DNA of 61,916 nucleotides, counting the filler, from Anaerolineae bacterium (lineage in GTDB: Bacteria > Chloroflexota > Anaerolineae > Epilineales > Epilineaceae), in assembly GCA_029262755.1 (NCBI GenBank). It is 4 parts of 4 records of this genome, joined end to end, with 100 filler letters (N's around TTAATTAATTAA, not from the genome) between each part and the next. Parts side by side here need not be neighbours in the genome. Positions count along the whole stretch, not along the records: positions 1 to 30,079 come from JAJCYU010000016.1; 3 more parts are not named here. One strand, given 5' to 3'. Made by a program: the position numbers and the translations under genes. Below the pieces are notes generated by a model that worked only from the letters and a program-made list of their open reading frames with translations, had not been told where the DNA came from and searched no databases. Numbering within the stretch: the first letter of the stretch is position 1; every line of letters starts with the position of its first letter. Shown here one piece after another: positions 1 through 11,194 of the stretch.

Positions 1-10
1 TCCCGAGCCG

Positions 11-1300
11 TTGGGGCCATGGCAGGATCTGGCTGCGTCGCTGCCCTCGCTCCATCGCCAGTTCGCTGAAGACCCCACCGCCGAGACGTTCCTCTCCTCA
101 TTGGTCGCGCGGTTGGGGTCGCTCCGGACGGTTACGAGCGCCGATCTGGCGGAGTTCGACGACGCGCAGGCTCGGCTCGTAGCCTTGGATATCCTGCTGG
201 TCGACGGCTTCGTGCGTCGCCATGCGCCCGCGCTCAATCCATCCGTTGAAGCGAGCCTGCGCGATTCGGTCGCGGCCGCGGCCGACCGGATGGGCATGAA
301 ACCCATCATCAGCTACCCCCTGTACATTCGACACAATCCTCTCGGCGCGAACACGATTCGCAGCTTCTCCGGAATGCCGGCCGAACTGCGCTTCATCCGC
401 ATGCATCGCTTCATCGAAGATCGCTTCGACGAGGTCTTGGCCATCTTGGGTGACATCGTGGAGGCCGCCGATCCGGATGCCGCCTTTGCCGAGGCCTTCG
501 CGACCCTCTCGGCGACATTTCGACGCATCAATCGCGTGATGGCCGGCTTTCGAGGGGCGGCTCGAATGCCCAACGATGCGTTCATGGACGGATTCCGGCC
601 CTACTACAACCCTGTTCTCAATCCCCAGACCGGTGCGGTCGTTCTCGAAGGTCCCAGTGGGTTGCAGTCGCCTACATTCCGAATCGTCACGACCCTCAGC
701 GGGTATGAAGACGCCATCCTCGACGACTGGACAACGCGCATCGGCGCCTATCACGAACCCGAAGAGCGCGCGCGCCTCGCCGCCGCGATCGCCGCGCGCG
801 ACGCGGGGCACGCCCTGCGCACGGCGCTGTTCGGCCTGATCGGCGGCGCACCCGATATGCCGCACCTGCATCCGTCCTTCGGACGCGACATCCCGCTCCT
901 ACTCGATATCGCCACCGCAGGCGGTCACACCTCCGCCGACGTACCGCGTGTCGCGGAGGACGCGGGCATGCGCTTGGATGCCTGGCCGGCAGGCGCGCCG
1001 GAGCTGCCGGCGATCCCATCTAGCGACGCGTGGCGCGAGGGCGCGGTGGCGGCCATCGAGAAGCCCAGCGTTCGTGCATCCGTGGCGCGCTACCTCGCCT
1101 TCGAATCCATGTTGTTCGGCTTTCATCTCGAGCACGTCGCGACGGCCATCGCTCATATCGGCCATGAACCGGGCACCGGCGGAACGTCCGGCGCGGAGTT
1201 TCTCCAGATGGCCCTATTCCGCCGCGCCTTCCCCTCGCTCTGGTCGACCGGCCTCGCGGCGCAGCTACTGCCCGAGGCGCGGGCCGCGGCGGCGCTTTAG
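11..1300 (+). CDS. IDO/PrnB-family heme-dependent tryptophan-modifying enzyme (5' end may be truncated)
   Basis: Motifs FRPYY, GPSGLQSP, a distal His (FHLEH) and C-terminal GTGGTSGAEFL, typical of the IDO/PrnB fold. The frame is open to the window start. Converges on a kynB-like gene. Confidence 0.65.
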   Translation: MGPWQDLAASLPSLHRQFAEDPTAETFLSSLVARLGSLRTVTSADLAEFDDAQARLVALDILLVDGFVRRHAPALNPSVEASLRDSVAAAADRMGMKPIISYPLYIRHNPLGANTIRSFSGMPAELRFIRMHRFIEDRFDEVLAILGDIVEAADPDAAFAEAFATLSATFRRINRVMAGFRGAARMPNDAFMDGFRPYYNPVLNPQTGAVVLEGPSGLQSPTFRIVTTLSGYEDAILDDWTTRIGAYHEPEERARLAAAIAARDAGHALRTALFGLIGGAPDMPHLHPSFGRDIPLLLDIATAGGHTSADVPRVAEDAGMRLDAWPAGAPELPAIPSSDAWREGAVAAIEKPSVRASVARYLAFESMLFGFHLEHVATAIAHIGHEPGTGGTSGAEFLQMALFRRAFPSLWSTGLAAQLLPEARAAAAL

Positions 1301-1983
1301 AGCGCGATCGGTCGTACGAGGGCGCGAATCGGTGATGCGTCCGCACCGATGATCCGCAGCGGAACGGCCACCAGGTCGTACCAGCCCTGCTCCAGACCCG
1401 CGAGCTGCAGGTTCTCTACGATGTACGCGCCGCCGCCGAGCAGCGCGTGGTGGGCGGGTAAGTCGCGGCTGTCGAGGGGATCCACGGACGGTTGGTCGAC
1501 GCCGATCAGCCGCAGGCCGCCCGCCACAAGGTCGCGCGCGGCAGCCGGGTCGATCGCGATCGACTCCTCGGGAAAATTCATGCCGTCATAGGGCTGGTCT
1601 GTTGCCAGTAGAAGCCGCTTCGGGATCGCCTCGAAATCGATCCCAGCCGCGGCCAGGACGGCGCGGTCGATACATTCGAGGTCGGCTGGGTGTACATGAA
1701 GCAGCAGGGCGCGCCCGATGTATACGCCCGGATCCAGAGACGCGATGTCCGCCCCTTCCGCGGCAACATGCAAGGGCGCGTCGGCGTGCGTCGCCGTGTG
1801 AGTGGACAGTGCGATGTGGCCCACATTCACGGTGGCGCCGGCGTCGATCCGCAGATCCCAACCCAAGGTCGGCTGTGCGAGGCCCGCCCACGCTACGCTG
1901 TCGGCGCGGATCGGCAAGCTCACGTCGATCCAAGCCGGTTCCGCTTCTACCGCTGCTCTCGTGTCCGACTGTCGATCATTCAC
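1297..1983 (-). CDS. kynB: Cyclase-family metal hydrolase, kynurenine formamidase-like
   Basis: HTATHADAPLH metal motif, GVDQPSVDPLDS, HHALL..IVENL and GADASPIRA. Confidence 0.8.
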   Translation of the reverse strand: MNDRQSDTRAAVEAEPAWIDVSLPIRADSVAWAGLAQPTLGWDLRIDAGATVNVGHIALSTHTATHADAPLHVAAEGADIASLDPGVYIGRALLLHVHPADLECIDRAVLAAAGIDFEAIPKRLLLATDQPYDGMNFPEESIAIDPAAARDLVAGGLRLIGVDQPSVDPLDSRDLPAHHALLGGGAYIVENLQLAGLEQGWYDLVAVPLRIIGADASPIRALVRPIAL

Positions 1984-2208
1984 CGGTCGCTCCCAGACGC
2001 GAAATTGGCACCTGCATCGTCGGCGGTTCGCGACGGGAGTCTAGCATCCGGGCTTTGCAGGGCGCGGGGCCGGGCTACACTTCCCCGCCGCCGCACGCCG
2101 GACCCAGTTGAACCAAGTAGGTTCCGGACCCTCGAGCCGCGTCTACATTCCCATCGGCGTTCGCGCCCTTGCACTGACTCGCAATCCTTCGGCATCAGGA
2201 GCCTCGTC

Positions 2209-3300
2209 ATGATTATCGGCATCATCGGCTTGCCCAACGCCGGCAAGACCACGTTGTTCAATACGCTGACGGGGGGGGAAGTCGAGACGGCGAGCTTCAG
2301 CACCGGCCGCTTCGAGGTCCATCAGGCGTCGGTCGACGTACCGGATCCCCGCGTGGACGAACTGACCGCTCTCTTTCAACCGCGCAAGACCACGCGCGCT
2401 CGGGTCGAGTACGAAGATATCGGCGGGCTGGCGAAGGGAATTGGAGAAGGCGGTCTTTCGGGTGAACTCCTGGGTGCGATCTCCCAAAGCGACGCGCTGC
2501 TCCACGTCGTGCGTGCCTTCGAGAGCGACGACGTGCCGCATCCGGAGGGCTCCGTCGATGCAGCACGCGATATCGGGCTATTGGACACGGAGCTGCTGCT
2601 GAGCGACTTGGTGATCGTGGAACGACGCCTGGAGCGTTTGGCCGACAACCTGCGCAAGCGACGGCAGGGACCCGAGCGCGAGCTGGAGCTCGCGGAGCAG
2701 GCGCTGTTGGACCGCCTGCTGGCCGGCCTGGGCGAGGAGGTGCCGGTGCGCGACATGACCTTGGACGCGGAAGAGCGCAAGCTGTTGCGCGGCTTCCAGC
2801 TATTGACCGCAAAGCCACTCCTCGTGGTCCTAAACGCCGGTGACGATAAGACCGGGTCTTCCCCGGAGGATCTTGGCGTGCGCTACGAGCACGAGTCGAG
2901 TGCGTGCCTTGTGATTAGCGGCCGCCTTGAGATGGAGCTCGCACAGCTGGATCCGGATGACCGCACGATGATGATGGAGGAGTATGGCGTCGTGGAACCC
3001 GGTCTCCATCGTGTGATTCGCGAAAGCTACCGCTTGCTCGGCCAGATGAGCTTCTTCACGGTGGGTGAGGACGAAGTGCGGGCATGGACCGTGGATAACG
3101 ATGCGACAGCCGTGGAGGCCGCGGGGGCGATCCACACGGATTTGTCTCGGGGATTCATCCGCGCGGACGTCGTTGGATACGACGATCTCGTGACCGCCGG
3201 TTCGATGGCGGCGGCACGCAAAGCGGGTACCGCGCGGGTCGAGGGCCGCGATTACGCGGTTGTCGACGGCGACATCATGCACGTACGATTCAATATCTGA
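2209..3300 (+). CDS. ychF: Ribosome-binding ATPase YchF
   Basis: IGIIGLPNAGKTTLFN, DIGGL, LLTAKP, FFTVGEDEVRAW and IHTDLSRGFIRA. ATG at 2209 follows AGGAG. Confidence 0.95.
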   Translation: MIIGIIGLPNAGKTTLFNTLTGGEVETASFSTGRFEVHQASVDVPDPRVDELTALFQPRKTTRARVEYEDIGGLAKGIGEGGLSGELLGAISQSDALLHVVRAFESDDVPHPEGSVDAARDIGLLDTELLLSDLVIVERRLERLADNLRKRRQGPERELELAEQALLDRLLAGLGEEVPVRDMTLDAEERKLLRGFQLLTAKPLLVVLNAGDDKTGSSPEDLGVRYEHESSACLVISGRLEMELAQLDPDDRTMMMEEYGVVEPGLHRVIRESYRLLGQMSFFTVGEDEVRAWTVDNDATAVEAAGAIHTDLSRGFIRADVVGYDDLVTAGSMAAARKAGTARVEGRDYAVVDGDIMHVRFNI

Positions 3301-3651
3301 TCCGGGAAATGCGATGCGCCGGCATTTGGGCGCAAGCACGTTCGTGGGGTGCATTCGCCGCGGATTCTCGCGATGCCGCGCACGTGGATTGGATACCAGA
3401 TGCGGACGAAGCTGACCGACAGGAAGTCCCTGCCGGTAGGGCGTTGGCGAGCGTGCGGTGGCTGTGGTAGCATCGCGCGGTCCGAGCGCCCGAAGCGTGC
3501 GGTGTCAGTTTTGCCAGCTTCGGGTGTTCTTCAGGTCAGATGATCGTTGGACCCAACCCAGGTGGCTTCTGCCGCCGGGTACGCGCGGTCCGCGATTGTC
3601 AACGTGGATGACGCCAACCGAAGTGGATTAACTTAACCAAGGGGAGGACCC

Positions 3652-4614
3652 ATGACCCAGCGATGGTCGATCACCGCGGCGATTGCCGCCGCGCTGGCAT
3701 TGCTTGTGACCAGCGCCCTAGCGGTCTCGGCAACGGAACCGGGGACAGACAGCGATTCGGCCGCGGCTCCCAGCGATGTGGGGATCGACATCCGGCCGAT
3801 GTTGGACGATCGAACGGCACCGGGTGACGTTCTGCAACAGCGGCAAGCGACCGCGTTCGATCACGTCGGACGCCGCGGCTTCCGTCCGCATGTAACGGGG
3901 CGAACGGCCCAGGGCGCCAACGAGTTGCTGGTTGAGGATTTTGAGGTTTCGGTGCTCGACCCGCTCAAGTGGCTGCTGATCTACGACGTCAACGGGCAGG
4001 ATTTCGGCGAGTACTTCTGGACGTTGGAACAGTGCCATGCCTCGACGCGCACAAAGTACGGCGGCATCCAGAGCCTCTGGGCGCTGGGCGGCGGTCGCGA
4101 CGGCGAGACGTTGGCCTGTGAGGATCCCTATCCTCGTGGCGCCCGTGCCTCCGCGCTGCTGACCCTCGACCTGAGCGGCTTTGCGGAGGACGTGCGGCAG
4201 CTGGACCTCGTGTTCGACTTCTTCCTCAACACCCGTACGTTCCAGGAAGAGGGGATCGTGCCGGATGGTCTGTTCTTGATCCTGTATCCGGACGCATCCA
4301 GTCTGGAGACCCCGGTTGTGATCGACGGCGTGACGGCTTCCAAGCCGGAAGGATTCTTCCTCAACGCGCTTGAGTACGATCTGACCAACGTCTGCAACGA
4401 CTACGATCCGGAAGAATGCTTCAACTTGGCCGGCAAGAGCGTCATCCTCGAGTTCTTTTTCATCTCGCAGATGCGCAACGGCACTCGGCTTCCGGGCGGC
4501 ACCTTCGTGGACAACATCAGGCTCCTTTCGGATAGCACGCCGTTGATGCACAGCACGCCGGTTGAGCAGCCCGCCGTTCGCGGCCTGGACCTGATTCGGC
4601 TCACAGACGGCTAG
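3652..4614 (+). CDS. Secreted protein with beta-sandwich (MAM/adhesin-like) domain
   Basis: GGGGAGG RBS and a signal peptide. The EDFE...W...LDLS...GTFVDNIRL pattern resembles the C-terminal domain of the 26710 protein. Confidence 0.6.
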   Translation: MTQRWSITAAIAAALALLVTSALAVSATEPGTDSDSAAAPSDVGIDIRPMLDDRTAPGDVLQQRQATAFDHVGRRGFRPHVTGRTAQGANELLVEDFEVSVLDPLKWLLIYDVNGQDFGEYFWTLEQCHASTRTKYGGIQSLWALGGGRDGETLACEDPYPRGARASALLTLDLSGFAEDVRQLDLVFDFFLNTRTFQEEGIVPDGLFLILYPDASSLETPVVIDGVTASKPEGFFLNALEYDLTNVCNDYDPEECFNLAGKSVILEFFFISQMRNGTRLPGGTFVDNIRLLSDSTPLMHSTPVEQPAVRGLDLIRLTDG

Positions 4615-4693
4615 AGGCCCTACGGGTACGGGCTAAGACTTGCTGCTATGCAGGCCGCAGGCCACCGTGTAGCCGCAATTCGTACCGAACTCC

Positions 4694-4725
4694 AGCGCCC
4701 CGCAAGCTCTCGCTTGCGGGGCGCT
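4694..4725 (+). terminator. Perfect 14-bp hairpin downstream of 3652..4614
   Basis: AGCGCCCCGCAAGC-tctc-GCTTGCGGGGCGCT, with only a weak U-tract. Confidence 0.55.
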
Positions 4726-5023
4726 CTGTACGTACCGCGACGCGCTTCGGCCGCGATCGCGGTCCTGCGTTCCTCACGTTCGTCTCGTCGCGTTGTCCGA
4801 GCGCCGGGTGGTTGGTCCAAACCGCGTCATGCAGCCGGTTCCAACGGCTTCAGCACGCAGCGCCGGCGTCGCAGAGCCTTCCATCTTATGCCCGGAATCA
4901 GGACTCGATCCGTTGGCGGCCCCGAACCATAAGCACGGTGATGCCTCCCATTCGGAGGCGCCTCCCAACCGAGCGCTGCCCGCTCCGAGCCGACGCGGTT
5001 TCCGCTCGGCCCTCCCTGGCGCC

Positions 5024-5067
5024 AAAAAACGCCTTCGCCCCATGCGGATAGCATGGGGCGAAGGCGT
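5024..5067 (-). terminator. Rho-independent terminator of the cytochrome c gene
   Basis: CGCCTTCGCCCCATGC-ggata-GCATGGGGCGAAGGCG stem, with AAAAAA at 5024-5029 (U6 on the minus strand). Confidence 0.85.
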
Positions 5068-5114
5068 GTGCGATTCGATTTCTGTTTAGCGCTGCATTAC
5101 ACGCGGCGCAACGA

Positions 5115-5690
5115 CTATTCCTTCGTCAACAACCAGGCGACGAGGTTGTTCAACTCGGCCGGCTCGATGCGTCCTGCGATATCCACAGGCATCAAGCTCA
5201 CGTTGGCTGGCGCATAGACCTTGCCGGGGGCCGAGACCAGATAGGCGTTGGGTTCCATGATGCTCTCGCGAATGTAGTCCTCCGCGGTCTCCGCATTGCC
5301 CGTGTAGTCGGACGCGGTCACCCGCTCCGCCGCGGTAGATGCAATCGCGCCGAGGGGCGGGCACGCCAAACTGCCATCGCCCGAGCCTTCATGCGTATGG
5401 CATCCTAGACAGCCGTAGTCTTCGAAGGCTGCGAGCGCGTCGCCCTCGTTGAATGCAGGAGGGCCGCTCGCGGCGGGGCCGCCTCCGCCGCCGGCGATCG
5501 CCGTCAGCGTGGGCTGTACGGCCTCGTAGGCGCGAGACGCAGCCGTACCGTCGGGGGTGTTGACGATCAACGTGTAGAAGATCCACAGCGTGAGCCCAAC
5601 CATGCCCACAAGGCTGGCCCATGCGATCGCATCGTAGCCGAGCCGGAAAGCGCGGAGGGCATCTTCGGACTGCGGGTTCTCTTGAGCCAT
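5115..5690 (-). CDS. Membrane-anchored monoheme cytochrome c
   Basis: N-terminal TM helix, CLGCH heme motif, YIRESIMEP and SLMP (probable Met ligand). Confidence 0.85.
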   Translation of the reverse strand: MAQENPQSEDALRAFRLGYDAIAWASLVGMVGLTLWIFYTLIVNTPDGTAASRAYEAVQPTLTAIAGGGGGPAASGPPAFNEGDALAAFEDYGCLGCHTHEGSGDGSLACPPLGAIASTAAERVTASDYTGNAETAEDYIRESIMEPNAYLVSAPGKVYAPANVSLMPVDIAGRIEPAELNNLVAWLLTKE

Positions 5691-5923
5691 GCCGGATCTC
5701 GCTGCGGTGCGGCCGACCGGGGCGCCGGTTCGGCAAAGTAGGCGCCGGGAGTTTAAGATCGGTGCCCTGGGCAGTCAAACACCAAGCGGTCCTAAGACGG
5801 TCCGAGGCACGTCAGCGCCGGTATTCGAGCGGCCGTCTCGGAGTCCATACCGCTCGCAAAAGCGAACGGGCGCTCCGGTGTCGGCATACCCTCGCACCGG
5901 CCATGTTGATCCGCAGGGAGCAA

Positions 5924-7930
<2,007 letters not shown>

Positions 7931-8034
7931 CCTGGATCTCCTGGCGCCGCGTGCGGCGATGGTCTGTTCGGCAAGCGTTCCGCACCGACGAGATACAATC
8001 GATCGCGTCTCTTATTGTTTGACGAGCCCTAATG

Positions 8035-10029
8035 CTAGCGTCCGCGTAGCGCCAGCGGGAGGTGGATCCGGCGTGGGGTCAACGCAGGCGTTCCCGGCGT
8101 TAGGGCTGAGGTGAGCGTCGGGTCCGGTAGCGGGTCGGCCGTGGACGTTGGTTCTGGGGTGGCGTCGGTACCGGGGGGAAGCGTGGCTTCCGGCGTGCGC
8201 GTCGCGGTCCTACGTGTTGGACCGCCGGTGGCGGACGGCGAAGGAATTCGGGTGGCCGTCGCGCTGGGCGTGGGCGATGGTGTGATGGTGGCGCTGGCTG
8301 TCGGGACGGGCGTCGGCGCCGCGGGCGGCTCCAACACCGGGCCCGATAGGCGGAAGATGGCGCCCACGGAGGAGCGGCCTTTCGGATCGGAGTCGGGTAG
8401 CCCGATATGCAGGTCGTCGAATCCGTCGCCGTTGGTATCGTGCAGTCCTATGCTCACGCCTCCGTCCCCGTCGCTCGCCGCGCCGCCGTGCGCGATCAAC
8501 GACGCTTCCAGGGTCGCAGACAGTACGCGCCCGAACGCGAGCGGGCCTCGCAGGCCGTATACGACACCGACGGTTGAGGGTGCGGCGGGTACGGACGCGC
8601 CCGGCGCGCCGATCAGCAAGTCCGCTGCACCATCCCCGTCGAGGTCGCCGGATGCGACGGCCCAGCCGGTGCTGTCTTCGCGGGCGGCGCCGAGTATCCA
8701 CGTGACGTTGGCTGCATGCGCCCCTTCGACGAGATCCATATGTCCGTCCGGCAGTGGTCCGCGCACGACGGCAACGGCGCCGTAACGACCCTCCGCCAAC
8801 GGCGCACCGATGGCAATGTCGTCGATGCCGTCGTGATCGAAGTCATCGACGGCGAGCGGTTGGCCGTGGCAGCTGCAGGTGCCGAAGCGTTGGGCGCCGG
8901 AGATCGCCGTCCCCGAAGGGCCCGTGATGACATGGCGTGCATCGCCAAGCGGGCGTTCCCCCCCCGGCAGGAGGGTCGCGGCGTCAAACACGTAGACCGC
9001 TCCGCTCCCGGCCGGTGCGCCCAAAGCAACGTGTCCTTCGAAGGCACCGACGATGAGCTCCGCGCCGGGTTTCCCGTTCAACTCGGCCGTTGCCAGCGTG
9101 GTGCCCAGGAACATGCCGTCCTGATCACCCACCAAGCTCCAATCGGGAGCGCGATCTTGCAGGTTGAAGACGCCGCGGCGTAGGGGGCCCCACCAACCGA
9201 ATACGGCGCCATGGAATCCGTCGCGCAGCGCAGCAGCGGCCACGAGGTCGCCGTGGCCGTCCGCGTTGAGGTCTGCGATCACCACATCCGTGCCCAGCTG
9301 GTCGGAGCCGGAAGGATCGCTGCGACCGGCAATGAGCGTATCGGGCGACGCGTTCAGGAAATCGACCTCGCCGCCTGCTGTGGCGGCACCATGCATGATG
9401 TAGATGGCACCGCCATTGGCCTGGCCGAAAGGGTCGGCAAGCAAGGCGCCGATCGCAACGTCGTCGATACCGTCGCCGGACACATCGCCGGAGGCAATGC
9501 TGACGCCCAGCCGCGGCTCCTTGCCCTCTCCGGTGAACGACCAAACGCGGTCACGCACGGTCGTGAGGTCGAGCTCTTCCGCCCACGGTTGGCGACCGAA
9601 GAGCACATACGCCCGGCCGACATTGTTGCGCCCGCCCTCGCTTCCCCAGTGGGCGCCCGCTAGCAGGTCGGCCAGACCGTCGGCGTTCACGTCACCGAAG
9701 GCCAGATGGTTACCGAGCTGTTCCTTGCCGGGAGCACCGAGCACGCGTGTCTGACCGGCCGCCGGAATCCCGAGCTGCACGAGCAGCACCTCGGGCAGCA
9801 CCGATGGTAGGGCCGCCAAGGTTGGTACGGCCACTATCGGCACGCTCTGTACGATGAGGCCGGCCGTCATCAGTGCGGCAACGAGTGCGACCGCACGGAT
9901 TCTCGCAAGGGCGCCGGTCCGCCCCGTCTGCGAAGCAGGACGAATCGGGTCACGGCGCGGACTTGTCTGTGGTGCCGATTGTTGCGAATAGGCGCGTTTC
10001 ACCGGCCAAGAATAGGGCTCCCGTGGCAC
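8035..10029 (-). CDS. Secreted FG-GAP/integrin-alpha repeat protein with Pro/Thr linker (start uncertain)
   Basis: About 6 GDxNxDGxxDLxxGA repeats, a hydrophobic leader near 9830-9900 and a PT-rich tail ending RRIHLPLALRGR. Confidence 0.85.
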   Translation of the reverse strand: MPREPYSWPVKRAYSQQSAPQTSPRRDPIRPASQTGRTGALARIRAVALVAALMTAGLIVQSVPIVAVPTLAALPSVLPEVLLVQLGIPAAGQTRVLGAPGKEQLGNHLAFGDVNADGLADLLAGAHWGSEGGRNNVGRAYVLFGRQPWAEELDLTTVRDRVWSFTGEGKEPRLGVSIASGDVSGDGIDDVAIGALLADPFGQANGGAIYIMHGAATAGGEVDFLNASPDTLIAGRSDPSGSDQLGTDVVIADLNADGHGDLVAAAALRDGFHGAVFGWWGPLRRGVFNLQDRAPDWSLVGDQDGMFLGTTLATAELNGKPGAELIVGAFEGHVALGAPAGSGAVYVFDAATLLPGGERPLGDARHVITGPSGTAISGAQRFGTCSCHGQPLAVDDFDHDGIDDIAIGAPLAEGRYGAVAVVRGPLPDGHMDLVEGAHAANVTWILGAAREDSTGWAVASGDLDGDGAADLLIGAPGASVPAAPSTVGVVYGLRGPLAFGRVLSATLEASLIAHGGAASDGDGGVSIGLHDTNGDGFDDLHIGLPDSDPKGRSSVGAIFRLSGPVLEPPAAPTPVPTASATITPSPTPSATATRIPSPSATGGPTRRTATRTPEATLPPGTDATPEPTSTADPLPDPTLTSALTPGTPALTPRRIHLPLALRGR

Positions 10030-10050
10030 GATCCGAAGCCGTCGCGTGCG

Positions 10051-10079
10051 TTGACCAGCCTCGGGCCCGACCCTACACT
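10051..10079 (+). promoter_or_regulatory. Sigma70-type promoter of the DUF503 gene
   Basis: TTGACC-17 nt-TACACT. Confidence 0.65.
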
Positions 10080-10103
10080 TCTGCCCACCGTACGGAGTGC
10101 ACC

Positions 10104-10388
10104 CTGGTCATCGGGCTCGCGACCGTCTCCCTGCAACTGCAGGCGGCGGCTTCGCTCAAAGACAAGCGCAGCGTAACACGCCAGCTCGTGGCTCGTGTGC
10201 GGTCGCGCTTCAACGTCGCGGTCGCGGAGGTCGACGACCACGACCTTTGGGGTACGGCGACACTGGGTATCGTGTGTATCTCTACCGAGGGTGCCCACGC
10301 ACGGTCGATGCTCGAGTCCGTCGTGGAGTACATCGAAACCACGCGGCTCGACGCCGATCTGTTCAACGTTCGCATCGAGCTAATCTAG
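10104..10388 (+). CDS. DUF503 (YlxP-like) protein, probable CTG start
   Basis: SLKDKRSV...RFNVAVAEVDDHDLW...LGIVCIS signature. GGAG lies 6 nt before the CTG. Confidence 0.85.
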   Translation: MVIGLATVSLQLQAAASLKDKRSVTRQLVARVRSRFNVAVAEVDDHDLWGTATLGIVCISTEGAHARSMLESVVEYIETTRLDADLFNVRIELI

Positions 10389-10677
10389 TATGGTTTATAG
10401 GCGCCTCCAACAATAACCTGACCAAATCGGGTACGGGTTCCGCTGCATCCGCACCAGCGCCCTGCTGTTCCTCAGCAATAGCTCCACGATTACCTCGTCT
10501 CATCAGACCCCTGGAGCGGCGCTTCGGCACCCTTTGTTCGGTCATCTCATGATTGGACGCGCCCAATGTTTCGAGCATGCCGATACGGGTGCGCGTCGTG
10601 AATTCGCGCTCCGCCACGTGACCATCGCCCCCCACCCCCAGCGCGCCGATCGCGTGCCGCGAGAAGGCTTGAAAACC

Positions 10678-10983
10678 ATGGAATGGATGGAGACGAGGGT
10701 CGTGCTGGCCAGCTGTGCGGCGAGCATCCTGCTCTTCATGGCCTTTGCGACGTTCAGCGCCACCGCCGTGGCCTTGTTCGGTGCGTGGCGAGGACTACGC
10801 TTCGTGCGCAGCGCCGTGCCGCCACAGGCCGCCAGGGTCGAGGGCTACCTGCAGATCGCACAATCCCACACGAACCGGACTGCCGACCGCGTGGTACGTC
10901 CTCAGATTCGCCTACTGAGCTTCTGGGCCGGGTTGCTCGCAGCGCTACGCGCGTTGTTCGCGTGGTCGGGAACGCGGCGCTAG
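10678..10983 (+). CDS. Small hypothetical membrane protein
   Basis: 101-aa ORF with two hydrophobic segments. Confidence 0.55.
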   Translation: MEWMETRVVLASCAASILLFMAFATFSATAVALFGAWRGLRFVRSAVPPQAARVEGYLQIAQSHTNRTADRVVRPQIRLLSFWAGLLAALRALFAWSGTRR

Positions 10984-11194
10984 TACGCGGGTGCTCTCCC
11001 GCCCTGAGCCTTCATTGCAACCGAGCACGCGTACGCGTAGTCCAACCAGCCTGAATCTACGGGTTCGAGAGCCAGAGCATCCACGCCGGCGGCCCGCCGC
11101 TCGTCGGCAATAGCGCCGCTACTGCCCTCCTCACTGCGAACCACCGGCGCGGCGCAGTGGCTCCCTCACTATCCGCATCTCCAAGCTGCTTGGA

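Noticed and set aside
1690..2208. N-terminal extension of YchF in the ORF track
   Set aside because: It overlaps kynB on the opposite strand, and the canonical start at 2209 has an RBS.
10023..10040. TGGCACG as a sigma-54 -24 element (also near 2006)
   Set aside because: There is no TTGC -12 element at the required spacing.
10363..10635. Small minus-strand ORF after DUF503
   Set aside because: It has no motif or clear RBS and overlaps the DUF503 3' end, so I cannot support it.
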